Assembly: GCA_040289515.1 (NCBI GenBank)
Contig: PSLI01000005.1
Coordinates: 12,207 to 76,206, forward strand
Direction: 5' to 3'
From: Candidatus Sysuimicrobiota bacterium
GTDB lineage: Bacteria > Sysuimicrobiota > Sysuimicrobiia > Sysuimicrobiales > Sysuimicrobiaceae
DNA: 64,000 nucleotides
A program made the translations under genes and the position numbers. The notes beneath the pieces are model-generated. The model did no database searches. It had not been told where the DNA came from and saw nothing but the letters and a program-made list of their open reading frames with translations. This document shows, one piece after another, positions 54,967 through 64,000 of this stretch (within the stretch, counting starts at the first letter, position 1; every line of letters starts with the position of its first letter).

Positions 54967-55887
54967 GTGTGGCGCTATGCGGCCAAGCGCGTGCTTTTGG
55001 CCTTCCCGGTGCTCCTGGGGGTGTCCGGGGTGGTGTTCGTGGCCATCCGCCTCATCCCGGGGGATCCCGCCCAGATCATGGCGGGCCAGGCCGCCACCGA
55101 GGAGGTGGTGCGCCAGATCCGCCAGTCCCTGGGCCTGGATCAGCCCGTACCCGTACAGTACCTGTACTTCCTACGCAACGTGCTGCGCGGCGACCTGGGG
55201 CGCTCCCTGTTCAACGGCGTCCCCGTGGTGGAAGAGCTGGGGCAGCGCTTCCCCAGGACCGTCCGGCTGGCCGTGGCCAGTATGGCGGTGGCCTCCCTCA
55301 TCGGCATCCCCGCTGGGATCCTGGCGGCCACCCGCCGGCTCACCTGGGTGGATACCCTGGTAATGCTGGTCGCCCTGGTGGGGGTGTCCATGCCCGTGTT
55401 CTGGCTGGGGCTAAACTTCATTTTGGTGTTCTCGGTGCGGCTCCAGTGGCTGCCGGCCTTCGGTTACGGGACCTGGCGCCACCTGGTGCTGCCCTCGGTC
55501 ACCCTGGGCGCCGCCTCCGCAGCGGTGGTGGCTCGCATGACCCGCTCCGCCATGCTGGAGGTGCTGGGCCAAGACTACATCCGCACCGCGCGGGCCAAGG
55601 GGCTGGCCGAGCGCGTGGTGGTGCACCGCCACGCCCTCCGCAACGCGCTGATTCCCGTGGTGACCATCCTGGGGCTGCAGCTGGGGACGCTGCTGTCGGG
55701 CGCGGTGCTTACGGAGACGGTATTCGCGTGGCCCGGTATCGGCCGCCTCCTGGTGGAGGCCGTGCTGGCCCGCGACTACCCCGTCATCCAGGGCACTACT
55801 CTGCTCATCGCCACCACCTTCGTGGCACTCAACCTCACCGTGGACCTGCTGTACGCTCTGCTGGACCCGCGCATCCGCTATGAGTGA
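54967..55887 (+). CDS. Peptide ABC permease (DppB/GsiC-like)
   Basis: PGDPA, GDLGRS, DYIRTARAKGL, DPRIR. Confidence 0.94.
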   Translation: MWRYAAKRVLLAFPVLLGVSGVVFVAIRLIPGDPAQIMAGQAATEEVVRQIRQSLGLDQPVPVQYLYFLRNVLRGDLGRSLFNGVPVVEELGQRFPRTVRLAVASMAVASLIGIPAGILAATRRLTWVDTLVMLVALVGVSMPVFWLGLNFILVFSVRLQWLPAFGYGTWRHLVLPSVTLGAASAAVVARMTRSAMLEVLGQDYIRTARAKGLAERVVVHRHALRNALIPVVTILGLQLGTLLSGAVLTETVFAWPGIGRLLVEAVLARDYPVIQGTTLLIATTFVALNLTVDLLYALLDPRIRYE

Positions 55888-56791
55888 TGCCCCCCGCTCC
55901 TCCGCTGTGCCGGCCGTCCAGGCGGTACCCGTGGGCGCCACGCGCCGGGTCCTATCCGCCGGAGCGGTGGTGTGGCGCCGCCTGCGCCGCAGTCGCTCCG
56001 CGGTGCTGGGGCTGGGGATCCTAGGAGTCTTCGCCACCAGCGGCCTGCTGGCCCCGTGGCTGGCTCCGTACGACCCCTACGCCTCGGACCTGGAAAACAG
56101 CTTGAAGCCGCCCAGCGCTCGCCACTGGCTGGGCACCGACGAACTGGGCAGAGACCTGCTGAGTCGGATCGTGTACGGGGCGCGCCTGTCCATGGTAATC
56201 GGCACCATCGCGGTGGCCATCGGCGTGGCGGTCGGAGTCCCCCTGGGGCTTGTGTCTGGATACCTGGGCGGCTGGTTTGACCTGATCGTACAGCGGGGGG
56301 TGGACGTTCTCTTGGCGTTCCCCAGCACGGTGCTCGCGATCCTTCTGGTGACCATCCTCGGGGTGGGTCTGGTCAACGTGATGATCGCGGTGGGGATCGT
56401 CTCCGTACCCACGTACACGCGGCTGGTGCGAGGGCAGGTACTGTCCCTGAAGGAGCAGGAGTTCGTGGAGGCCGCGCGGGCACTGGGTGCCGGCAGCCTG
56501 CGCATCGTGTTCCGCCACATCCTGCCCAACACCCTTGCGGTGCTCATCGTCCAGACCACCCTACAGGTGGCCAGCGCCATCCTCTCCGCCGCCGCCCTGG
56601 GGTTCCTCGGCCTGGGAGTCCAGCAGCCCACCGCGGAGTGGGGCGCCATGCTATCCACCGCCCGTCAGCACATCCAGCTGGCTCCCCACACCCTGGTGTT
56701 CCCCGGGCTGGCCATCATGCTGACGGTGCTGGGCTTCAACCTGTTCGGCGACGGGCTGCGGGACGCCCTGGACCCGCGGCTGCGCGTTTAG
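55880..56791 (+). CDS. Peptide ABC permease (DppC/GsiD-like)
   Basis: HWLGTDELGRD, FVEAARALG, HILPN, GDGLRDALDP. Confidence 0.94.
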   Translation: MSDAPRSSAVPAVQAVPVGATRRVLSAGAVVWRRLRRSRSAVLGLGILGVFATSGLLAPWLAPYDPYASDLENSLKPPSARHWLGTDELGRDLLSRIVYGARLSMVIGTIAVAIGVAVGVPLGLVSGYLGGWFDLIVQRGVDVLLAFPSTVLAILLVTILGVGLVNVMIAVGIVSVPTYTRLVRGQVLSLKEQEFVEAARALGAGSLRIVFRHILPNTLAVLIVQTTLQVASAILSAAALGFLGLGVQQPTAEWGAMLSTARQHIQLAPHTLVFPGLAIMLTVLGFNLFGDGLRDALDPRLRV

Positions 56792-56813
56792 CGCCGACCG
56801 GTACAATCGGGGC

Positions 56814-56903
56814 GGAGGGGTGCCGGAGCGGTTGAACGGGGCGGTCTTGAAAACCGCTAGGGTGGAAGCGCCCGCGTGGGTTCGAATCCCACCCCCTCCG
56901 CCA
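56814..56903 (+). tRNA. tRNA-Ser(TGA)
   Basis: GGAGGGG/CCCCTCC acceptor stem, anticodon TGA 56848-56850, long variable arm, GGTTCGAATCC, CCA; TACAAT upstream. Confidence 0.97.
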
Positions 56904-56904
56904 C

Positions 56905-57288
56905 ACCCGCGCAGGACCGGGGCCTCAGGGACGCCCCAGACCCACACCACCTCCTCCCGGAGGGCCCTCCAGAAGGCGCGTCCCTGCTGCTCCAACTGAC
57001 CCCACCCCTCACACGTGCACACCAGCACGTCCGCAGGGGCTGGCAACCTGGTGGCGTCTAGCTCCGCGGCGCGGCGGTGGAAGGGTAGGTCCGAGTGTGA
57101 CAAGAGCACAACGATGTCCACATCGCTTCCCGGCCCCCAATCGCCCCGCGGGTAGGGCCCGCGTAGCCCGCAGCCCGGACGTCAGCCCGGGCTTGGGCCA
57201 GGGCCGCTGCCCACTCCCGCACGGCCCGGTCCACGGTGTCCCGGGTAGGCCATCTAAGAACGGCAGAACGCAACGATCTCACCGGCAT
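56905..57288 (-). pseudogene. Minimal nucleotidyltransferase (MNT antitoxin), frameshifted at ~57156
   Basis: MPVRSLRSAVLRWP.. then, in another frame, RGDWGPGSDVDIVV..PADVLV; no stop before the tRNA. Confidence 0.75.
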
Positions 57289-57634
57289 ACTGGATCGCCT
57301 CCCCGCTCTGCAGGGGGCCGTAGGGGTCGTGCGGCGCCCCCTCGGGGTGACTGTTAGGGTACCGGGTGGGCACGTAGAAGTTGTCCAGCACCTTCGCTTT
57401 TTCCACCAAGGCTTCGGGGACTTGCACCGTCTCAGGCAGCTCCCGCAGCAGCCGGGCCGCCACGTGACCCCACGCCTCCTGGCCCAGGGACAGGTGAGGG
57501 TCCGCTACGGCCTTCTCCGCGGCCTGCTGCGCCGCGAAGCACGCCCACTCGTGCCGGCCCGCGCGCCGCGCGTCGTGCGCCTCCTCCAGGTCGACCAGGG
57601 CCGGTGCCAGCCAGTCCCGTGCCTGGTTGGCCAT
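57254..57634 (-). CDS. HEPN domain protein
   Basis: WACFAAQQAAEKA, WGH, YVPTRYPN. Confidence 0.9.
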   Translation of the reverse strand: MANQARDWLAPALVDLEEAHDARRAGRHEWACFAAQQAAEKAVADPHLSLGQEAWGHVAARLLRELPETVQVPEALVEKAKVLDNFYVPTRYPNSHPEGAPHDPYGPLQSGEAIQYAGEIVAFCRS

Positions 57635-57677
57635 GTCCCGCCTTCCCCGGATTCCCTGCGTATTGTATGATGACCGT

Positions 57678-58790
57678 TCAACCCGGCCGGATGAGTTCGC
57701 GGCGCACGGTCACCCGCTCCACCCGATCCCGCCGCACGCGGGGCGCCACCCCCACCTCCGAGGGCACCGCCACCGTCCCGTCCGGATCAAGGACCACGGG
57801 CGGGTCGATGAGGTCCTCCTCGAAGTAGCGGTCCGAGGCCGACACATCCCCGGGCAGGCGGAAGTTGGGCAAAGACGCCAGGGCCAGGTTCGCGAGCCGC
57901 CCGATCCCCGTCTCCAACATGCCCCCGCACCACACGGGAACCCCACGGGAAGCGCACACGTCGTGGGTCTGCACCGCGGCCGCAAGCCCGCCCAGCCGCG
58001 CGGGCTTCACGTTCACCACCCGGCAGCTCCCGAGCTCAATGGCCTTGCGGGCGTCGTGGGGATGCACCACGGACTCATCCAGGCACACGGACGTACGCAG
58101 CCGCGCCTGCAGCCGGGCGTGGTCCACAAGGTCGTCCTCCCCGAGGGGCTGTTCCACCATCAACAGGTCGAGGTCGTCCATGGCCTCGAACACCGCCGCA
58201 TCCTCCAGGGTGTAAGCGGCGTTGGCGTCCACCTGTAGGGGCAGGCGGGGAAAGGCCCGGCGCAGCTGTCGCACCACCTCCACGTCCCAGCCGGGCCGGA
58301 TCTTGACCTTGACCCGCCGGTAGCCCTGCGCCACGAACGTCTCCACCCGCCGCACCAGGTCGGCCACGGTCGGCTCGATCCCCAAGCTCACCCCCACCTC
58401 CACCCGGTCCCGCACGCCGCCCAGCAGGTCCTGCAGGCTACGGCCCTGTTGCTGCGCGTACAGGTCCCACAGAGCCGCCTCCAACCCGGCTTTGGCCATG
58501 TGGTGCCGCCGCACGTGCAGCCACCGCCGCCGGAGCTCTTCGGGGTGCGCCAGTTCCCGGCCGAGTACCGCGGGGACCAGAAAATCCCGGAGCACGTGCC
58601 AGGCTGTTTGTACGGTCTCCTCGTTGTACAGGGGGCGGCTCATGACCGGCGCTTCGCCCCAACCCACCAGCCCGTCTGCGTGCACGGCCACCAGCACCGC
58701 GTGCTTGGTATCCTCCCGGCCGAAGCTGGTCTCGAAGGGGAACCGCAGGGGCAGTGCCACCACCCGCAGCTCCACCGCTTCCAGCCTCAT
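57678..58790 (-). CDS. menC: N-succinylamino acid racemase / o-succinylbenzoate synthase (NSAR/OSBS)
   Basis: FETSFG, KVKIRPG, VDANAAY, EQP, LDES, WCGGMLETGIG. Confidence 0.9.
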   Translation of the reverse strand: MRLEAVELRVVALPLRFPFETSFGREDTKHAVLVAVHADGLVGWGEAPVMSRPLYNEETVQTAWHVLRDFLVPAVLGRELAHPEELRRRWLHVRRHHMAKAGLEAALWDLYAQQQGRSLQDLLGGVRDRVEVGVSLGIEPTVADLVRRVETFVAQGYRRVKVKIRPGWDVEVVRQLRRAFPRLPLQVDANAAYTLEDAAVFEAMDDLDLLMVEQPLGEDDLVDHARLQARLRTSVCLDESVVHPHDARKAIELGSCRVVNVKPARLGGLAAAVQTHDVCASRGVPVWCGGMLETGIGRLANLALASLPNFRLPGDVSASDRYFEEDLIDPPVVLDPDGTVAVPSEVGVAPRVRRDRVERVTVRRELIRPG

Positions 58791-59581
58791 GCCCGCCGCT
58801 CCAGCACGTAGAAGCCTCGGCCCTGCCACCGGACGAAGTCCACCGCCGCGTAACCCGCCTCGAAGCACCGCTGGAAGGCCTCCCGGGTGCTCAGCCGCCA
58901 GGCCAGAGCCACCTCCAGATCCTGGTCCCGCAGGGCAGCGATGGAAGAGGGCACTTCGAGCCGCACGCGCTCCCCCTGCGGCGCGTGTACCGGGCCTGGC
59001 CGAACGCCCGTCGCTTCCAGCACCGGAGCGGCCTCTTGCACCGGAGGGCTCACCCACCGCTGCTCGAGCCGCAACCGCACCGCCTCGCTGGCCACCCACC
59101 AGTCCACCTCCAGCCGGTCGGTCGGCAGCCCCCGGTTCAGCTCGTCCTGCATCTGCCCGTAGTAGTCCACCTCGTACCGCTCAGCCCGCGCCCCCAGCTT
59201 GTGCACGTTGAAGTACGCGTTGCGGCTCTGCAGCGGGTCGAAGGTCCACACGACCCTCCGGTACCCGTGGGCGAGGGCCCAGTCCCGCTGCGCCCGCTTT
59301 AGCTGGTAGCCCACGTCCTGGCCCTGCAGCTCCGGGAGCACCGCGGTCATGTGGGAGTGCAACACCCGCTCCCCCTCGCGCCAGCCCACGAACGCGTACG
59401 AGAAGCCCACCAGCCGGTCGGCCCGCCACGCTCCCAGCACCAACCCGCCATTCCGTAGCGCGGCCAGGAGCTGGTGGGCGGGCACCACCTCCCGGTCGGG
59501 CATGCCCCACACGGCCTGCTGCAACGCCTCCAGGGGCCGCAGCTCCGCCACCGTGCGCAAAAGGCGGATTTCCACCTCCAC
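58787..59581 (-). CDS. GNAT acyltransferase (D-amino-acid N-succinyltransferase-like)
   Basis: LHSHMTAV, LKRAQR, WTFDPL..NAYFN..KLG, TDRL; coupled to NSAR gene. Confidence 0.88.
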   Translation of the reverse strand: MEVEIRLLRTVAELRPLEALQQAVWGMPDREVVPAHQLLAALRNGGLVLGAWRADRLVGFSYAFVGWREGERVLHSHMTAVLPELQGQDVGYQLKRAQRDWALAHGYRRVVWTFDPLQSRNAYFNVHKLGARAERYEVDYYGQMQDELNRGLPTDRLEVDWWVASEAVRLRLEQRWVSPPVQEAAPVLEATGVRPGPVHAPQGERVRLEVPSSIAALRDQDLEVALAWRLSTREAFQRCFEAGYAAVDFVRWQGRGFYVLERRA

Positions 59582-59737
59582 GGGGAGATGGTTTCGACGC
59601 TCGCCTGCCTGCTCCTCGGTACGGCCTCGCCCGCGCCTGGGTAAAATGTTCTCCGGTCGGAGTTCGTGGTGTGCTACCACGGCGGTTTGTTCGGGCCCGG
59701 CCGCACAGCGCCTGCGGGAGATCGCCTCCGGGCTGAC

Positions 59738-60289
59738 GTGAGGCCACCGGTGCGCTGGCGAGCCGGCCTGCTGGCGGCCGCCCTGGGCGCGCTGGCGAGC
59801 CCGGAGGGCGCGGGTTCTGCGAATTCCTGCACCCACCCTCCCCGGCCTCCTGCGCTTCTGCAAGCGCGCGTGGTGCGGGTGGTGGACGGGGACACGCTGC
59901 GTGCGCGCCTCCGTGACGGCCAACAGCGCGTGCGCCTTGTGGGCGTGGATGCCCCCGAAACCCTTTCCGGGCCGCACCAGGAGCGGCAGGCGCGGCAGTG
60001 GGGACTTTCACCCGAGGAACTGCAGCGGTGGGGCGAAGTCGCCTCCGCGTTCGCACGGAGGCACCTGAGCGGCCGCTGGGTGGGCCTGGAGTTAGACATC
60101 GAGGAGCGCGACGAGTTCGGCCGGCTGCTGGCCTACGTGTGGCTGGGACGCCTGGTGTTCAACCTGGAGCTGGTGCGGGAAGGGTACGCGTGGGCGCATC
60201 CGGTACCGCCCAACCTCCGGTATGCGGACCGGCTGGTTGCCTGCCAGTGGGAGGCCCAGCGGCTTCGCCGCGGCCTGTGGGGCCGCTGA
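59738..60289 (+). CDS. Thermonuclease (SNase) family secreted protein
   Basis: RVVDGDTL, VRLVGVDAPE, DEFGRLLAYV, RGLWG. Confidence 0.92.
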   Translation: MRPPVRWRAGLLAAALGALASPEGAGSANSCTHPPRPPALLQARVVRVVDGDTLRARLRDGQQRVRLVGVDAPETLSGPHQERQARQWGLSPEELQRWGEVASAFARRHLSGRWVGLELDIEERDEFGRLLAYVWLGRLVFNLELVREGYAWAHPVPPNLRYADRLVACQWEAQRLRRGLWGR

Positions 60290-60292
60290 GGG

Positions 60293-61492
60293 CTAGGACC
60301 GGGTCGCGTATAGGTTGAGCGGGTGGCGCACCCAGCGTGGCCCCAACACCCGCGCGAGCCGGTCGAACATCTCCATGTCGTACTGGCCCACCAGGGTGAT
60401 GGCAGTCCCGGGTCGGCCGGCCCGGGCGGTGCGGCCCACCCGGTGCACGTACGTCTCCACGTCCTCCGGCATGTCGAAGTTCACCACGTGGGACACCTGG
60501 GGCAGGTCCAGCCCGCGGGAAGCCAGGTTGGTAACCACCAGGATGGGCTTGCGGCACGAGGCGAAGGCACGCAGGGCTGCCAGCCTCGCGCGCTGCCGCA
60601 TCCCCCCGTGAAGGGCGGCTGCCGGTTGCTCTCGCGCCAGCACCTCCGCCAAGCGCTGCGCGGCCCGCTGGGTCCTGCGAAATACCAAGGCCGACTGCAC
60701 CGGCTCGCTGCGCAGCAGGGCCCGCAGTGCCCGCAGCTTGTCCTGCTCTGCCACCTCCACGTAAAACTGACGGACCTCCTCCACGGTGGGCACCGCCCCC
60801 TCCAGGCGGATCCACACAGGGTTCCGAAGGGTGCGCCGCACCAGGCCGGTGATCTGCGCGGGTAACGTCGCCGACAGCAGGGCCGTCTGGCGGTCCGGAG
60901 GCGCGGCGGCCAGGATCCGCTCCACGTCCGGCAAGAAGCCCACCTCCAGCATTCGGTCGGCTTCGTCCAGCACGGTTACCCAGACCCCGTCCAGGCGCAC
61001 CGACCCCCGGCCGAGGAAGTCCAGCAGCCGACCGGGTGTCGCCACCACCACGTGCGGCCGGGCCTGCAAGGCTTCGTGTTGAGCGGCCATGGAGGCGCCC
61101 CCGTACACGCACGCCACCCGCACACGCCGCCCGCAGCCCAACACACGCAGGTGGTCCGCCGCCTGGAGGGCCAGCTCCCGGGTGGGGACCAGCACCAGCG
61201 CCTGGGGATGGTCGACCCCCTGTGAGTCCAGCCGCTCGACCAGGGGGAGCCCGTACGCGGCGGTCTTGCCAGATCCGGTCTGCGCCTGCACGGCCACGTC
61301 GCGGCCAGCAACCATCAGGGGGATCACGCGGCGCTGCACCGGGGTGGGCGAACTCCAGCGCAGGCGCCGGACGCCCTCCAGGGTTTGCGGGCTCAGGGGC
61401 AGCGTGTCGAAGGAGCCGGAGCCGCCTTTCAATCCGTAGATCTGCTCTCCCGCCGCTCCAGAGGTGTGGGGTTCTCGCAAATTCGCGGTCAT
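60293..61492 (-). CDS. DEAD-box RNA helicase
   Basis: PTPVQ, TGSGKT, PTRELA, TPGR, DEAD, SAT, HRVGRTAR. Confidence 0.96.
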   Translation of the reverse strand: MTANLREPHTSGAAGEQIYGLKGGSGSFDTLPLSPQTLEGVRRLRWSSPTPVQRRVIPLMVAGRDVAVQAQTGSGKTAAYGLPLVERLDSQGVDHPQALVLVPTRELALQAADHLRVLGCGRRVRVACVYGGASMAAQHEALQARPHVVVATPGRLLDFLGRGSVRLDGVWVTVLDEADRMLEVGFLPDVERILAAAPPDRQTALLSATLPAQITGLVRRTLRNPVWIRLEGAVPTVEEVRQFYVEVAEQDKLRALRALLRSEPVQSALVFRRTQRAAQRLAEVLAREQPAAALHGGMRQRARLAALRAFASCRKPILVVTNLASRGLDLPQVSHVVNFDMPEDVETYVHRVGRTARAGRPGTAITLVGQYDMEMFDRLARVLGPRWVRHPLNLYATRS

Positions 61493-61765
61493 CTTTACAG
61501 GCCTCCTTCAGCCGCGGCCCGTTGGCCGCGCGGATTCGGTCGGCATCCGCGTGTCCCGCCCGACCGACCCGACCGGCGAAGAAGGCCTGCGAAACACCCG
61601 GGGCACGCGCCCCGGTCCCAGCGTGACGACTGTTGCTACCCTAGCACGACGACGCGCGGAACGCAACCCATCCTGCTGGCTGCGTACACCAGGAGAGGGG
61701 ACGCGGTGCACCGTGCGGCCCTGGGGGCTCTATAATGAGGCCGCTACTCCGTGCGGGGGTGACCC

Positions 61766-63316
61766 ATGGCGCTACCGGAGTTCCGCAACGAGCCCTTCAC
61801 CGACTTCAGCCTGGAGGCCAACCGGCAGGCCATGCGCCAGGCCATTGCCGCGGTGGAAGGGAAGCTGGGCCTGGAGCTGCCCGTGGTGATCGGGGGGCAG
61901 CGGATCCGCGGCCTGGAGACGTTTGAGTCCCGAAACCCCTCCAACAAGCACGAGGTGGTGGCGCGTGCGCCGAAGGCCACCTCGGAGTTGGTGGACCGCG
62001 CGGTGGAAGCTGCCTGGCGCGCCTTTCCGGGTTGGAAGCGGGTGCCCCCGGAGGTGAAAGCGGCCCTGTTCTTACGCGCCGCGGAGCTGCTGCGCCGCCG
62101 CAAGTTCGAGGCCGCGGCATGGATGGTGCTGGAGGTGGGGAAGAACTGGGCGGAGGCCGATGCGGACGTCGCAGAGGCCGTCGACCACCTGGAGTACTTC
62201 GCCCGTGAGATCCTCCGCTACGCCGAAGGCAGGCCCACCGTCCCCCACCCGCAGGAAGTCTCGTACTACACGTACGAGCCGCTGGGGGTGGTGGCCGTGA
62301 TCCCGCCGTGGAACTTCCCCCTGGCCATCCCCATGGGCATGGCCCTGGGGGCTATCGCGGCGGGCAACACCGTGGTGCTGAAGCCCAGCAGTGATGCACC
62401 GGCCACCGCGTACCTGTTCCTAGAGGTGATGGAGGAGGCGGGGCTGCCAGCAGGAACCCTGAACGTGGTACCGGGGTCCGGCTCGGTGGTGGGGGATCAG
62501 CTGGTTCAGCACCCCCGGGTCCGCATGGTGGCCTTCACGGGATCGCGGGAAGTGGGCTGCCGCATCTACCAAGAAGCCGCCAAGGTCCGGCCCGGGCAGG
62601 TGTGGCTCAAGCGCGTCATCGCGGAGATGGGGGGCAAGAACGCCGTGGTGGTGGCGGAGGACGCGGACCTGGAGGAGGCTGTGTCCGCCGCGGTGGTGTC
62701 CGGCTACGGCTACCAGGGGCAGAAGTGCTCCGCGGGCTCGCGCCTGGTGGTCACCGAGCCGGTGTACGCCCGGGTCCTGGAGGCCTTCGTGGAGCGGGTG
62801 CGGGCGCTAGCGGTGGGGCCGGCAAAGGACAACTACCCTGTAGGCCCGGTGATCAACGAGCGCGCGTACCGGACCGTCCTTCAGTACGTCGAGGTGGGCA
62901 AGCAGGAGGGCCGGCTCCTGTGCGGCGGTGAGCCCGCGGAGGGGGACGGGTACTACATCCAGCCCACCGTGTTCGCGGACGTGGACGCCGCCGCCCGCAT
63001 CGCTCAGGAGGAGATCTTCGGGCCCGTGGTGGCCGTCCTCCGCGCCCGCGACTTCGACCACGCTCTGCAGATCGCCAACTCCACGGAGTACGGCCTGACG
63101 GGGGCCGTGTTCACCCGCGATCCGGAGCGTATCGCGAAGGCCCGGGCGGAGTTTCACTGCGGCAACCTGTACATCAACCGGAAATGCACCGGGGCTTTGG
63201 TGGGCGTGCACCCCTTCGGGGGCTTCAAGATGAGCGGCACGGACGCGAAGGTAGGCGGCCCTGACTACCTTCTGTACTTCCTGCAGCCGAAGGTGACCAG
63301 CATCAAGTTCCGCTGA
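61766..63316 (+). CDS. pruA: 1-pyrroline-5-carboxylate dehydrogenase
   Basis: FRNEPFTDF, PWNFP, FTGS, EMGGKN, GQKCSA, EEIFGP; TATAAT upstream. Confidence 0.95.
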   Translation: MALPEFRNEPFTDFSLEANRQAMRQAIAAVEGKLGLELPVVIGGQRIRGLETFESRNPSNKHEVVARAPKATSELVDRAVEAAWRAFPGWKRVPPEVKAALFLRAAELLRRRKFEAAAWMVLEVGKNWAEADADVAEAVDHLEYFAREILRYAEGRPTVPHPQEVSYYTYEPLGVVAVIPPWNFPLAIPMGMALGAIAAGNTVVLKPSSDAPATAYLFLEVMEEAGLPAGTLNVVPGSGSVVGDQLVQHPRVRMVAFTGSREVGCRIYQEAAKVRPGQVWLKRVIAEMGGKNAVVVAEDADLEEAVSAAVVSGYGYQGQKCSAGSRLVVTEPVYARVLEAFVERVRALAVGPAKDNYPVGPVINERAYRTVLQYVEVGKQEGRLLCGGEPAEGDGYYIQPTVFADVDAAARIAQEEIFGPVVAVLRARDFDHALQIANSTEYGLTGAVFTRDPERIAKARAEFHCGNLYINRKCTGALVGVHPFGGFKMSGTDAKVGGPDYLLYFLQPKVTSIKFR

Positions 63317-63375
63317 CCGTTCGGAAGGTGCGTCCCGCGCCGCTCCGCGGCGGCGGCCGTGTTATGCTAGCAGCA

Positions 63376-63450
63376 GGGGACGTAGCTCAGCGGGAGAGCA
63401 CCTGGTTTGCAACCAGGGGGTCGGGGGTTCGAATCCCCTCGTCTCCACCA
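63376..63450 (+). tRNA. tRNA-Ala(TGC)
   Basis: GGGGACG/CGTCTCC acceptor with G3:U70, anticodon TGC 63408-63410, CCA. Confidence 0.97.
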
Positions 63451-63485
63451 GTTGCAGCGTCCTGCCCGCATTCCAGCCTTGTACC

Positions 63486-63520
63486 GGTCCCTGTCCCCAG
63501 GGGACAGAACCCTGGGGACG
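63486..63520. repeat. Distal REP-like copy CTGTCCCC-A-GGGGACAG
   Basis: Core 63491-63507 identical to the centre of the 27824-27864 palindrome. Confidence 0.85.
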
Positions 63521-63790
63521 CCGGCCGGTGTTGACCACCACGCGGTAGCCGTCAGGCGCAAGGCCTGCCTGTTCCGCCACGCGCCGGATCACCAGCTGGA
63601 CGTGTCCGAGGAGGTCGCGGTCGGCCTCCTCCACCTCCGCTAAGCTGGCGATGTGCTTCCTCGGCACCACCGGGATGTGAACCGGTGCCTGCGGGTTGAT
63701 GTCGCGGAACGCCAGCACCTGATCGTCTTCGTATACCTTGGAGCTCGGTAGTTCGCCGTCGCGGATGCGGCAGAACACGCACGCGCTCAC
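63521..63790 (-). pseudogene. hinT: HIT-family (HinT) protein truncated before the HxHxH motif
   Basis: CVFCRI, FRDINPQAPVH, GYRVVVNTG, then repeat-derived sequence instead of GQxVxHxHxH. Confidence 0.85.
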
Positions 63791-63940
63791 GGCGGCACCT
63801 CCACCCTACCGCAAGGGTTCGCAACGCCCGCGCCGGAACCTGCCGCGCCGGCGGTGGCCGTTTGCCGTTTACGGGGCACCCGCCCGCCGGGCCGGACAGG
63901 GCTCCTTGCGGCACTGCCCGCCGCAGCGGGCGGAGCCGGC

Positions 63941-64000
63941 TCAGTCCAGCGGCGTCAGCTGCGCCACGATCTCTGCGCGGTAAGGTTCGAGAAACGGCGG
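63941..64000 (-). CDS. C-terminal end of a gene entering from the right (VOC/ring-cleaving dioxygenase-like)
   Basis: PPFLEPYRAEIVAQLTPLD*. Confidence 0.5.
   Translation of the reverse strand, partial: PPFLEPYRAEIVAQLTPLD

Noticed and set aside
56814..56903. tRNA-Sec or suppressor tRNA
   Set aside because: Anticodon TGA reads UCA (Ser); the acceptor stem is a normal 7 bp.
63362..63520. Extended HIT C-terminus overlapping tRNA-Ala
   Set aside because: Read-through into repeat and antisense tRNA after truncation, not real coding sequence.

Overview
Bacterial chromosomal window, very GC-rich (roughly 70% by eye) and gene-dense. Gene order is Terrabacteria-like (radA-yacL-ispD, tmk-darA-holB, mfd-prsA-mazG-yabO-eno-divIC); the exact taxon cannot be fixed from sequence alone. 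Most genes are housekeeping. The window also holds a Zur-znu operon, an FMN-riboswitch rib operon, a peptide ABC transporter, two tRNAs, a HUH/Y1 REP-associated transposase with its repeats, and several decayed genes. The main signal is a nitrogen-assimilation block (33.8-42.4 kb) that appears to be controlled at the RNA level. A ykkC-subtype-2 (ppGpp-type) riboswitch precedes gltB. The three following units (ANTAR regulator, amtB, glnA) have leaders carrying five copies of a variant hexaloop hairpin, GGC-CRNGAC-GCC, each overlapping an intrinsic terminator. An unannotated 35-aa membrane peptide follows amtB, which has no adjacent glnK. Several other leaders look like uncharacterised attenuators. 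All calls are by eye; no searches were run.
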